A DNA stretch of 64,000 nucleotides from Rhina ancylostomus (lineage: Eukaryota), in contig JARFYF010000051.1 in the NCBI GenBank assembly GCA_030265395.1, forward strand, positions 36,981,445 to 37,045,444. Reading direction: 5' to 3'. Shown here one piece after another: positions 1-12,103 of this stretch. The notes beneath the pieces are model-generated. The model saw only the letters and a list, made by a program, of their open reading frames with translations. It was not told where the DNA came from and did not search any database. Both the position numbers and the translations under genes were made by a program. Positions within the stretch are counted from its first letter, which is position 1, and each line of letters opens with the position of its first letter.

Positions 1-862
1 TGCCCCACAAGGCTGTGTCCTCAGCCCTCTACTCTACTCCCTATACACTCATGACTGCATGGCCAGATTCTGCTCTAACTCCATCTACAAGATTGCAGAT
101 GACACCACCATAGTGGGCAAATCTTAAATAACGATGAGTTGGGGTACAGGAAAGATATATAGAGCCTACTGGCGTGGTGTCACGACAACAACCTTTCCCT
201 CAGTGTCAGTGAGACAAAAGAGCTGGTCATTGGCTTCAGGAAGGGAACAGTGCACATGCTCCTTTTTACATCAAGGGTGCCGAGGTCGAGAGGATTCAGA
301 CCCTCAAGTTCCTAGGAGTGAACTTTACCAATAGCCTGCCCTGGTGCAACCACGTAGATGGCCACAGCCAAGAAAGCTCCCCAGTGCCTCTACTTCCTCG
401 GGAGGCTAAAGAAATTTGGCGTGTCCCTGTTGACCCTCACTAATTTTTAAAGATGCACCAGCGATGCTTCAGCAAGCAGCCAACATAATCAAAGACCCCA
501 CCCAGCCCCGACATTCTCGCTTCTCCTCCCTCCAATCGGGCAGAAGATAGAAAAGCCTGGAAGCACGTACCACCAGGCTCAAGGACAGCTTCTATCCCGT
601 TGCTTTAAGACTATTGAACGGTTCCCTAGTACGACAAGGTGGGCTCCTGACCTCACCATCTACCTCATCATGGCCTTGCACCTTATTGTCTGCCTGCACT
701 CTCTCTGTAACTGTAACACATTATTCTGCATGTTGTTATTGCTTTGCCCTTGTACCTCGATGTACCTATGCGATGAAATGATCGGTATGGAAGGCATGCA
801 AAGCAAAGTTTTTCACTGTACCTTAGTACATGTGACAATAATAAACCTATTTACCAATTTAC
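1..862 (+). mobile_element. Rex1/Babar-like LINE 3' fragment (degenerate RT plus 3'UTR)
   Basis: Encodes PQGCVLSPLLYSLYTHDC…SIYKIADDTTIVG (RT domains). The 3' end caataataaacc(tatttacca) is shared with the copies near 6080 and 62650. Confidence 0.8.
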
Positions 863-1559
863 CATCATCATTCCCTGAAATGAGTACATACTGTGTTAAA
901 ACCCCATCCTGGATGCATTTAACAAACTTCACCCCACCTGAGCCTCAGCCAACTTTGGGAGTTAAAATCACCTGCTGCTACAACTCTATTGTTTTCACAT
1001 CCTACTGCTATTTATCTTCTGAATCCCACTGACTATTGAGAGGCCTACGGAGTAATCAGATCAAAGTGATTGCACCCCCTCCCCCTTAAGTTCCACACAT
1101 AAGTACAACTTCATCTGCCGATTCCTCCAGGATGTCCTCCCTGAGCACTGCGACAATGCTCTCCCTGATTAGCAGTGCAAGGCTTCCTCCCCCTCATGTT
1201 ATGCCTGAAAGTTATCTTATCCCAGGAATATTGCGCTGTCATTCCTGCCCATCCCTCAGGATTGCCACAATATCAAAGCCCATGAGGTGACCCACGCTCC
1301 CAGCTCACCCATCTTACCTGCAAGGCTCCTTGCAGTAAAGTAAATGCAGTTAAGACTGCCGTCCCTGTTATGCTCCCCCAGCCATCTCTGTCCACTGGAC
1401 ACCTGCTCCATTTACTTCATATGCTTTTCTCTCCTTTCCTGCTACAGTGATCCCCGCGTCACTAGTTCACTTCACCTGAAACGTTAATGTCATTTGTCTT
1501 CCCACTGATGCACCCTGACCTGCTGAGCATTTCCAGCGTTTTTTGTTTTTACTTTGGAT

Positions 1560-2750
1560 CTACATCTGACTCATCTGGGGAGTTTGGTGTCGGGCATAAG
1601 AATGACGTGGCCTGTCCACTGGAGGAAATTGAGTGTAATTACGACTGTCGATGCTGGGGATGTTGGCCTGGGAGAGAACGCCAATACTGCTTCAATGATC
1701 CAGCCACTGGGTTTGAAAGATTTTGAAGACTGGTGGTATCTCTCTGGTCCCTTGAGGTGCCTGCTGTAGGTAGCCCAAGCTTCAGAAGTGTACAGGAGGG
1801 TGGGAAATCACTGCTGCCCACCAAACCTGGAGCCTGGTGCTGGTCTTAGTCTTCGAATGGTCCTTTCCTCAGGGAGACAATGGCTGTGCTGCTTTGTGAA
1901 GGCAATGGTGAACTTCATCATCAATACCTTCGCTAAGAGGCAGCTCCCAAGATATGGAAAGCGGTCCACATTTTCAGAGTCTTGTTGTGGACTGGACCTG
2001 TGGGCCAGTCTGAGAGAGGACCTTTACCTTCTGGATGTTTAGTGGAAGGCTCATTCCCTTGTACACATCAGCAAAGGAATGGATGATGACTTGGAGCTCG
2101 GTCTCCAGGTGCGCGCATACTCAAGAATCATCCTACGTACTGCAAGGTGATGACTGAGGTTGGTTCTGGACTGCAACGAAAAAAGGCTGAACAATCTCCT
2201 GAGGTCATCCTCAAGACTGACTCCATTCCAGCAGGGAGCCTGTTCAAGGTGAGGTGCAGTGTCATAGCAAGGAAGAGGACTGGCGCGAGGTCATCGCCTT
2301 GCTGGACCCCATCTTGCACTGGGATTGGGTTTGGGGCAGACCTGTTGATCATGGTCATGATTTGCATATCATTATGTGGCAGGTGTAGAAAGGTAGCACG
2401 TTTCTCAGGACCAAGAAACTTGGAGGATTCTCCCCTTGGTTGAGGGGAGTGGAAGACGTACGAGGTCAAGAAGGGCTGAGAACAGTTGGGATGGTGCTGA
2501 TGTTGTAGAGAAGGCTTGCTATGGGATGGAGTCCAGCTCGCATCAAGGAGGGTCTCCTTTGGGAAGTTCTTAAAGCGCTTCTTCCCGTGGGTGCTACCTG
2601 CCCCTGACCTTGATAAGCTCTCCCCCATTCTTGGCATTCAGCAGGGTGGGCTCTTGGGTGTTTGGGGTTGGGTGACCTTGACAGTGCAGAACAATTTGAC
2701 ACGGTTATTGGCCAGTTGCTAAGTCTCCTGTCCTCTTTCGACCTACAATG
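1560..2750 (-). mobile_element. RTE-clade LINE fragment (degenerate RT)
   Basis: Minus-strand peptides …HNDMQ…PIPVQDGVQQGDDLAPVLF and ENVDRFPYLGS are typical of RTE ORF2; many frameshifts. Confidence 0.75.
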
Positions 2751-2927
2751 TTCTTTAAGGTAGGAATGGGTTCAGTTTCTTCCCTTGAATCTTTATGGTG
2801 TTTCCAGTGTGAGAACACCTTACATACTCGATTAATGACTTCCTGAGAGTCCTGAACATTCTCTGTGTTCCCCCAGTGGCATAAGGGTCTCTACACAGGT
2901 GTTAATCATGGGGGAATTTCAGTGCAG

Positions 2928-3270
2928 ATACGAGTGGCACAGTGGTGCAGTTAGTAGAGCTACTGCCTCACAGCTCCAGCGACCCAGGTTCAATCCTGAC
3001 CTCCGATGCTGCGTGTGGTTTGCATGTTCTCCCTGTGACTGCGTGACTTTCCCCCGAGTGTTCTCGTTTCCTCCCACGTCCCAAAGGCATGCCGATTGGT
3101 AGGTTAATTGGCCATTGTAAATTGACCCTAGGGTGGCGGTGAATCGTAAAATCTGGGGACAGTTGATGGGACTGTAGGGGGAATAAAATGGGACTAACGT
3201 AAATGGGAACGACGGTCAGCACGGACTCGGTGGGCCGAAGGATCTGTTTCCGTGCTGTACGACTATGACC
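2928..3270 (+). mobile_element. HE1-like V-SINE (tRNA-derived head, V domain, CR1/HER1-type tail)
   Basis: A box TGGTGCAGTTAGTAG, B box GGTTCAATCC, central TTTGCATGTTCTCCCTGTGACTGCGTG…TTCCTCCCAC, tail GGGCCGAAGG…CTGTTTCCGTGCTGTA. Confidence 0.85.
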
Positions 3271-3994
3271 AGGCACCACAGACACTCAACAGCTTGGGAG
3301 TTATCATCTTCTGTCACTGAGCAGCATCTCCGTTGTGGGATCCTTGCATTCACAACACACATTTCATTGCTTGGGACGCTAAGGCAGGAAGGTGGGGAGG
3401 GAACTACACATCTAATAGTGGTGTAACCTACCAAATGGCCACGGACCTCTGCAGTCTTTGGCTCATAGAATAAGCACAACAAATGATAGATAACTATGCT
3501 GCACAGGGCTATATTGGTGAGGCCCAGTAAGTAGTAGGTACAGTACTCTACTCCTTCACAAAGAATGTAGACAGGAAGTGTCCAGAGTCACATCTAACCC
3601 ATTAGCAGTTGATTTGAAGGTAAGATCTCTAATTAACTAAAACAAAAATCAGAAATGCAATATTCATTTATCTGTTGACCTTCTAATCAGCTCCATGCTA
3701 CTTCTCTAAGGCTGTGTGCTTACCACTAAAAGCCATGGACGCCTAATTAAAAGTTATGGGTTAGAACAGCCCTGGAGACTGTGAACACTGTGGGTTCACA
3801 GAAAGATCAAACTCTATTTTAGATACACCACTGTTGCGGCAGAAATAAGTGTCCGTTAGTTTAACTGCCCCAACAGCTGATTCCCAGCGAGTGAAATATA
3901 CAAGTTACACCTGGAGAGGAATGTTTGCGGAGGGATGTTCATTGGGAGCTGGTCGCTTTAATGACGCCAGGTCGACCTAGCGCAGTCCTCTATG

Positions 3995-4420
3995 TGTGCA
4001 TGCATGTAAACACATGTGGATGTATGTTATGCACACATATATAAATGTGGGCATTTTTCAATTGGTATGTAGATGCTCATATGTATATGAGCGCATTTTA
4101 TATATCTCTACACACGCGCGTCTATTTATAAATAAATGGGCATTTTTGGATTGGTGTAAGTTCCTAAGTATATATGCATGTTATATACACACACGAATAA
4201 ATAAATGGATATATCTGAATTGGTATGTGCATTCTCATATGTATATACAGATATAGACGTTTTGAATTGGTATGCGTACAGTATATTCCTGTGTAGACGT
4301 GCATATTATATACATAGACATACACATACATAAATAGATATTTTTGAACTGGTCTGTGGCTGTGTGTGAATATATCTATGTGTGGGTGTGTCTGTACAAT
4401 GGGGCTGTGGATATGTGTGG
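3995..4420. repeat. Degenerate TA/TG-rich tandem array in ST8SIA1 intron 1
   Basis: About five units sharing ATAAAT(A)…TTTT(G)AATTGGTATG, with cores near 4060, 4150, 4218, 4265 and 4347, separated by alternating purine-pyrimidine tracts. Confidence 0.65.
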
Positions 4421-4449
4421 AAGAGACATTGTCCCTTGCTGTATGTAAT

Positions 4450-5900
4450 GCAGACACTGCGCTGCTCTGATTACTTCACCGGCTGCTTCCACCTTGGCCG
4501 TCAATGAAAGATCACTGTACCGTTATATCTCCCCGCACTGATCCGTTCTCCCCTCTCTCCCCTACCTGAAACCAGCGATGGCTGTCCGGTTCCTCTTCCA
4601 CTTCGCCTGCTGCAGGATCTCGCTGACGATCTCCTTCTCGTTGGGGATCCTGTAAACCGGGTAAACGTAGAGCCAGCAGAGGACAAAGACACACAGGGCT
4701 ACCCCAAGCGACAGCCGAGAGCGGGGGCACAGCCACCGCGGCACCATGCTTGGTGCAGGGAGAGGGATGACGGGGGCGAAGTGGGGGTAACCTGCTTCAC
4801 CTGGTCCTCCGGGTCTCTGGGGATGCAGACAATGAGAAAGGTTGTAACAATGCAGTATTCAGTGGGCTTTGCAAGCCTTTCGGTTGCTGATAAACGAGCC
4901 AAATAAATCTTTGCCGATTCTCCCTTTTTTTTAAAAAAAGAGATTTGTTTTGCTTTTAACCCCGATGCATGACGAATAGCGTGGGGGTCGGCGCTAATGC
5001 AAAATAATAAATACGCAGCTCAGGTTAGATAATTTATCTGCAGCATGCAAAAAAATACTGCATCCATGATGCAAAAAAAGGTCTTGTGCATGAGGAAGAT
5101 GCAATGTTCTCACCCACTACACAAAGCAAGCCTTGTGCGTGAGGCACATCCACCGGCTGCTGGGCTCTTGACTTGTCTGTTACAGTGGGAGGGCTATGTT
5201 TTTTCATCGCCCTCGATNNNNNNNNNNCTCAAATGTCACAATACTCACTCAGTGGGCTGCTCAAAGCCTGTTAAAAATATGTGTATTATATAATTTTAAG
5301 GCTTCAAAAAGCACCCGCTGCTAAAACATGCAGGAATTTGTTAACCAGCACCTTGTAATTTTTTGTTTTAAAGTGTTAAATGCCTATGTGATTTTTTTGT
5401 CTCTGAGATACAGCGTTCATATGAAGCTGGAGATTGGACGGTTTCCCCTCTTTTTGCTACGTAGCGCTGGGTATCAAGCACATCCTGACACAGCGCTCCC
5501 CGACTCAATCGGCACAAATGCACCTTGATCTCAGTCGGAAAGCGCACCCTCTACCGTCCTTCCCGCACTCAACCTTCACTTTTCTTAGCACCTGCCTCAC
5601 GTTTTATGCCTCTATCGTGCTCTGAATAAGAGATTTCCTTTCACATCAATACCACCTCCCCCCCCCCAAAGAAATCAGACCGCCTTCATACGACGGCTTT
5701 AACTCTGAAAGTAACAAAGGAATCGAAACGGCCACTGCTGAAGGGTTCCGGAGGATGAGTTTGTGGAAATGTCTCTAAAGGAGAAAGGGGAGGGAGAAAA
5801 CCGGAGGGTTTTAATCCGGGGTGTATGGACTAGGCTGTATCACCATGTGCTCCCAACTTCCAGAACACCGGCCGTCTACATTCCAACTCTGAACACGGCT
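4450..5900 (-). promoter_or_regulatory. CpG-enriched region around ST8SIA1 exon 1 and its probable 5'UTR/promoter
   Basis: Visibly higher CpG and GC density than the CpG-depleted flanks. Surrounds the first coding exon. TSS cannot be determined. Confidence 0.5.
4566..4747 (-). CDS. ST8SIA1: ST8SIA1 (alpha-2,8-sialyltransferase, GD3 synthase) coding exon 1; the rest of the gene lies beyond position 1
   Basis: Translates MVPRWLCPRSRLSLGVALCVFVLCWLYVYPVYRIPNEKEIVSEILQQAKWKRNRTAIAGFR, matching the recalled human N-terminus (…PRTRLPMGASALCVVVLCWLYIFPVYRLPNEKEIV…WRRNQTAARAFR). Has a type II TM segment and an N-R-T sequon. Ends at a phase-2 donor AG|GTAGGG. Syntenic with C2CD5. Confidence 0.95.
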
Positions 5901-6079
5901 TCCTGGACTTAAACTGCCTGCTGCAGACCTAACTGGTGAGACCTAGAACTTCTTTTTCTCTTTGACCTCTCAATACCTTATAAACCGAGGCTCGTCTACT
6001 TGAGGTGGACATTGAGCTAATTTTGAGGAATGCTGTTCTGTTCTTTGAACAACTCCACAGAAGCTGACTATAAATGACT

Positions 6080-6512
6080 GTCGACGCTTCTCCCCGCCTT
6101 GGTAAAGCAGCCAACATAATCAAAGATCCCACCCCTCCAGACATTCTCTCTTCTCCCCAACCGTGCCCCCCCCACCCCCCNNNNNNNNNNNNNNNNNNNN
6201 NNNNNNNNNNNCGGGCAGAAGGTACAAAAGTTTGAAAGCACATATCACCAGGCTCAAGGACGGTTCCGTCCCGTTGTTATAAAACTATTAAATCGTCCCC
6301 TAGTACCATAAGATAGCCTCTTGACCTCACAATCTACCTTGTTATGGCCTTGTATCTTATCGTCTGCCTACACTGCATTTTCTCTGTAACTGCAACACTA
6401 ATACTTTATTCTGCACTCTGTTATTGTTTTCCCTTGTACTACCTCAATACACTGTTTTGTGAAATAATCCGTGAAAAAACGAGTTTTTCACTGTACCTCC
6501 ATACACGTGAAA
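6080..6512 (+). mobile_element. Rex1/Babar-like LINE 3' end
   Basis: Aligns by eye with 470-830 (aagcagccaacataatcaaaga…ccaggctcaaggac…tttttcactgtacc). Confidence 0.8.
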
Positions 6513-7974
6513 GTGTTTGTCATTATGAACGTTAAAAGGTTAATGTCAGCTCCCTGAGCAGATAAGTTTGAATTATTTTGTATAGGTCATATTGAATTAA
6601 GTTTCTGAATTTAAAATTAAATTCATTAAAAATCCTGCTTCGCCCAGCAAGGAGTGATTTGCTTGTCTAACACGAGGGGGATCCTTATTGAATTCAGTCT
6701 ACTGGTCAGATGAAGTGTTCCCCTGGCAATACCCTACTGTACCTGCTATTCCTGGATGGTCTCCCTTCCAGATACCGACCAGGCTCAAGTCTTCTTAGCA
6801 TAAGAACACTGATCCCTTNNNNNNNNNNNNNNNNNNNNNNNNNNNNNNNNNNNNNNNNNNNNNNNNNNNNNNNNNNNNNNNNNNNNNNNNNNNNNNNNNN
6901 NNNNNNNNNNNNNNNNNNCCTGTGTTTGTCCTGAGGAAGTATCCTGACTCCAGTCTTGCATCAGTGTGCCGCATTTGGGTTCTCTGAGTTTGCTCTGGAT
7001 CAACATTGTGACAAATACATGCAAAAAAACAAAGCTAATGTAACCTGGCCACAACTTTTAAGCATGCCCAGGGTCACCACTGCTAAGAGAATAATGAGTT
7101 ACTCCAAGTTCAGGCCTGCAAATGAAACCTGTTAATGTCTGCCATGTCAAATCGTTTTAGAATCTTAAAGATCCCTATCAGTTCGCTCCTCAGTTCTCCC
7201 TCCAAGCCCATTCTAAGCCCATTCACATTTCCTGATAGGTATAATGACTCAGTTCTGGTTTCATTCCAATGCCACTGTTCTTGGTTCTACTGAAGTTGCA
7301 TAGAAATGGTCTAATCTCATTTTCCTGAGATCCTATTATCTTCCTGGGAAATACTGAAGCAAAAAATATTCTTGAACAACTGCCATTTTACGATAACTAT
7401 CTCAGATTTCACTGTACCTATCCTTTAGTGACCTGTTCTTTTTACTTGTAATTAATTTATTTGGTGATCTCAATTCACCTTTACCTTCCTAAATTTCACT
7501 TTCAAGTTTTCTCGTATTCTCTTTGCATTCTACCCAGAGATAGTGTTTCCTTCTGTCAAAATACTTACTGTTCGCTCCCTTATGTCCATTCACTTCTTTC
7601 CCCTTATGTCCTTACTCGTCCATGGCATCGTATTACTTTTATGTTTGCTCCTGTTTTCTTTACTGGTATGTCTTCCTGGACTCTCTGAGCAACATTGAAA
7701 ATGGTTCCATTGCTGACCTGTAGCACCATTTATCAATGACTGTCCACTATACTTTTCTCAGCCCTACGAGGTCATCTTTTCTCCAGTCTAATACCCCGGT
7801 CTTCGTTATACATGCTTTTCTATGTTATGTCTTATTTTGTTATGGTCATCATTGCTGAGATGTTCCTCTATTATACCTTTCATTATCCTTCTGGAGCATT
7901 TCAGAGTGGAAATGCTTTTTGTTCACACGTGATTGGAAGGGAGGCCAATACACAGTGAAGGAACTCCGTTCGCT

Positions 7975-8290
7975 CACAACGGCAAGGCTAGTAGAGTCGC
8001 TGCATCACAGCTCCAGCGACCCAGATTCAATCCTGACCTTGGGTGCTGTCCGCGCGGAGTTTTTGCATTTTCCTTGTGACCATGTGGGTTTCCGTCGGGT
8101 GGTCTGGTTTCCTCCTATATCCCGAAGAAGTGCAGGTTAATTGGCCACTGCAAATTGCCCCTTATCTAGGGGAAGTTGATGGAAATGTGGGGGAAGAGTG
8201 GGTTACATGGAAACAAATTAGTGAGGGGGAAAGTGGTTTGCTCTGTGAATTGGCATAGACTTGATGGGCCAAAATGGCCTCCCATGTAAT
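7975..8290 (+). mobile_element. HE1-like V-SINE
   Basis: Homologous to 2928-3270 (cacagctccagcgacccagattcaatcctgacc…gggccaaaatggcctcc). Confidence 0.8.
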
Positions 8291-8579
8291 ATATCTTTCT
8301 TCTACTAATAGAATGCTTGTAGACTAACAGTTGGTGTGATTTATCCTTTATTATTATTTCTATCAATATGGGATTCCATTTCAGTTTTAGTGACATTGGT
8401 TTTAGTCCACTGTATTTCCACTACCTCTAGTGGATGAAGCTGCTCCATCAAACTCTCATTCCTTCTTCATCTGTTCTGAATATAACATTTGCCGCAAGGT
8501 TGGTTCAGTGTGCCCTGATATTTCGGTAGCTGTATTTGACAGAGCCTTGCAAGGTATTGTAAATAAAAAACAAAATACA

Positions 8580-9545
8580 AGCGCCAAAAATTTGAATTAA
8601 AACAGGAAATATTCAGCAGGTCAGGCAGCATCTGGGGGAGGAGAGATAGAGAAATAGATAACATCCTCAGTCAATGGTTCTTCATCAGAATTGGAAAAAA
8701 TGAGAAACGTTTGTCTTAAGTTGCAGGAAGTGTGGAGAAGGGATGGACAGGACAAAAATATCTGTGGTAGAGCGAGACTATGTTGCCTTGGTGATATGCT
8801 GTTTACAAAGCTGAGTTCTTGATAGATAAATGAGGGCAGCTGGATGGAGAGGAAACAAGGAACAAATAAAAACTGCAAAATGCAAGTCAGGTTTCAATAG
8901 TCTCAAAAGCTGCAACGTTCCCAGGTGGAAGATGAGGTGCTGTTCTCCAAGTTTACGATTGGCCTTGTTAGAATATTGCTAAGTGTCACACACTAGTAGG
9001 TGAGAGTGGGAATGGAAAATTAAACTGTGGGCAATTGAAAGCTCAGGGTTAATCCTGTAGATTGAATGAAGGTGGTCACCAGGCAGTCACCAATCTCAGT
9101 TTGGTTTCTTTAATGTAGAGACCACACCATAAGCACCAAATGCAGTACACTAACTTGAAAGAAGTGCAAGTGACTCACTGGAAAAGATTTTTTTGGGCAA
9201 GAAGGGACAAGGTAATAGTGCATCTCCTGCAGTCACTTGCCAAAGTGCTATAAAGAGGGGTGTGATTGATGGAGATAAAAATGTGGACTAATGAGTCATG
9301 AAGGGAAGGACTGGGGAAAGGGGAGGGGAAAGGAAGATGTGTCTGGTGGTGGAATCATGTTAAAGGTGACAAAGAACTGCCAAAGATTTGAATGATCTGT
9401 TGAACGTGGATGTTGGTGGGGTGAAAAATGGGAACTCAACCCTTGCTTTGGCCAGGAGAGGAAGTGAGAGCAGAGGTGCGGGAAATCAAGGAAAATCACT
9501 TTATGGCTGCTTCTACTATAGTAGAGGGCAAGCCACAGTTAAGAA
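8580..9545 (-). mobile_element. Penelope-like element remnant (GIY-YIG endonuclease region plus terminal repeat)
   Basis: Minus strand ~9090-9150 reads VYCIWCLWCGLYIKETKLRL (degenerate GIY-YIG). Terminal part has CTGATGA (8682-8688) followed by GATGCTGCCTGACCTGCTGA. Confidence 0.75.
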
Positions 9546-10340
9546 GATTGGAGTCATAGATAGTGAAGAAGATTGTCTAAGGATACAGCATGACATAGGT
9601 CAGCTAGATAGCTGGGCAGGGTGGTGGCAGCAGATGGGATTTAATTTAGACAAATGTGAAGTAATATATTTTAAGAAGTCAAGTACTGGTAGGAAATATG
9701 GAGTAAATGGGAGACACCTGAGAAGTGATGTATAGAGAGATGTATAGAGAGCTCCTGGAAAGTGGTGAGGCAGGTAGATTAGTTGTGACAAAGGCACTTG
9801 GTACACCTGCTTCCATAGGCCGAGGCATTGAATACAAGAGTTGGGATAGCATGTTGCACTTGTACTAAACATTGGTTAGACTGCATCTGAGTGTTATGTG
9901 CAGCTGTGGTTGTCACATTACAGGAAGGATGCGGCAGCATTAGAAAGAGTACAGGAGAGATTCACCAGGACGTTGCCTGGAATGGAAGGCTGTAGTTACA
10001 AGGAGACATTGGGTAGGCTGGGTTTATTCTCACTGGAATGTAGGAGGCTGAGGGGCATAGATAGAAGAGATAGGGGAGTCTAGAGGGCATAGGTTCAAAA
10101 CTAAAAGGGAGAAATTTAAAGGAGATCTGAAGGGCAAGTTTTTCTGCAGAGGATGGTGAATTTCTGGAATGAGCTGCTGGGGAGATGGTGAAGGCAGATA
10201 CAATTACTACATTTAAAAGATATTTGGACAGGAGAGGCACAAAGGGATACAGGCCGACTGTAGATAAATGGGATTAGCATAGATAGCCATCAAAGTAGGA
10301 AAGGACAAGGTGAGCTGTTTCTGTGCTATGATTCTATGAA
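9546..10340 (+). mobile_element. CR1/HER1-like LINE 3' fragment
   Basis: Peptides DSEEDCLRIQHDI…WQQMGFNLDKCEV and LERVQERFTRTLPGM…LGLFSLE; ends in an (ATTCT/CTATG)-type tail. Confidence 0.85.
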
Positions 10341-11139
10341 AAGAAAAAGATAACGGAGTCATCTGTATGGTACTGTGCAAGTATTATTGGCTCCAATCCC
10401 CATTTTGCATTGGGACTTGGAAGGCATGCTTTACAGTTCGATACATTTTTTTATAACTCCACTCATTTTAAACTATTAATCTTTATTGAATTTTACAGCT
10501 GTTATTTATTCCCTGGCTATTTATATCATCCGTTTTGTTCCCTGTGGAGTTTTAATGGTGTTAATATACCACACATGGATCATGCAATTTGTTTTCAACC
10601 ACTCAAATTTTCTATGAAGTGCTAAAAAGCATGATAGAACTAAAGTTTAAAAAAAGTCTAAATGTCAGGACTGTGCATTACACTTGCCAATACTAGGGAC
10701 AATTGACAAGGAAATTGAAGTGCTCTCCTGAGATCCAGATGTTAAAAAAATGTACATCAACTTGTTTAATGTCTTTCATTCACAAGCTGTAAAGAAATAT
10801 TGCTGGTGTGTTTCCAGCCCTTTTGTCTGAAGTTAGTCATTTATTAATTGTTTTTATGTTTAGACATTCTTTAAGTCTTCTGCTTTTGTTCATCTGAACT
10901 GTTCTTCCTATAGGACCCTAGTGCTTTTTGTAAAATGCTGCAACCTGTTTCCAGAGGCCTGCACTAGTATTGCCTCAAAAGTAAACAATCCCATGTGCCA
11001 AATAAATTGTTCAAACGAAGAGCATGCCTATTAATAAATAGCAGCATTGCCGTACTAATATGAATAGCCATTCATTTCCACAGCTGTTTTAAATTCTAAC
11101 TCGCTTTTAATCCATTGATCAAGACATGAAGGTAATCAA

Positions 11140-11520
11140 GCCATTCATAGTGTCCCTTATTACTTCAGAGCTTTATAGCCAATAAAGTACTTTAAAATTG
11201 GTTACAATTTACACAGCACTCAAAGGGCCATTCAACAGCTCTGAATAAGTGGGCAGATAACCAATTTTTGAAATTTTGGTTGCGAGAGATTCAAGTTAGC
11301 TACATCATCAGGTAAACTCAAGCTCAGCTTTGAGCATCGCCATGGGATCTTTTATGTCTAATATAAAAATGTTTGAGTGGTCCCTGTTTAACATCCCATC
11401 TGACAGTTGGTACCTCGGAGATAGTATTTATAGAAACTCTTTGGGTTTGTCTGTGTTCGTGCCTTTGGTTGGGCTTGAACCTATGAATTTGTCTTGCAAG
11501 TGATAGTGCTGAAATAACTT
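11140..11520 (-). mobile_element. DeuSINE (SacSINE1/AmnSINE-related) remnant
   Basis: gccatgggatcttttatgtc…gtttaacatcccatctgacagttggtacctc resembles the Deu domain; B box reads in reverse as gggcttgaacc. Confidence 0.6.
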
Positions 11521-12103
11521 ACAGCCAACACGTCAAAATTAAATGGCTGATACATATTTTTTTCTGTATCCGATAGAGCACCCTGTTCCAGGTAAATGAT
11601 GTTATGAAATGACAACAGCCAGCAACTGTCACCTGTACCAATAACCAATACAACTGGTTACAAGTTTAACCAGCAGTTGAGGCGGTTAGAAAGAGAAGTT
11701 GCAAAGTCAAAAGGGATCCTGCCTTTGGCTAGCTGTTTCTAAGAGGAATCTCTGTATAGTGAACAAAATCAGGAACTCTCACCTCCAGTATGTTTCTGCT
11801 CAATGCAAGTGCAACAGACAAGGTTGAATGATGTGCCAGTGTTTTCAGTGAAAAGTGAATGACACTGATATCACAGGAAGCAGTATTCAGCCAACAAAGC
11901 TCAAACAGGCTGCAACATGTTCTGCACATACAACAGGCCATGCATCCTGGGAACTTTCAAACTGTAGTATTGAAAACCATCGCACTAAAGCTAGCTGCTC
12001 CCCTTGCTAAGCTGATGTATAGATGTGCAGGCATTGGTCTTCACACATGACTCAGGTTCTTAATTGATAACAACAGCTATAACAGGAGGTTATGATGCAG
12101 CAA

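Noticed and set aside
2928-3010. tRNA-like A and B boxes
   Set aside because: This is a SINE head, not a tRNA gene: no full cloverleaf, and it continues into the V domain.
5929-6243. ORF containing WSCSKNRTAF, superficially like the ST8SIA stem motif WKRNRTA
   Set aside because: Half of it is antisense Rex-like LINE and spans an N gap; there is no TM segment or matching splice donor; the match is too short to be meaningful.
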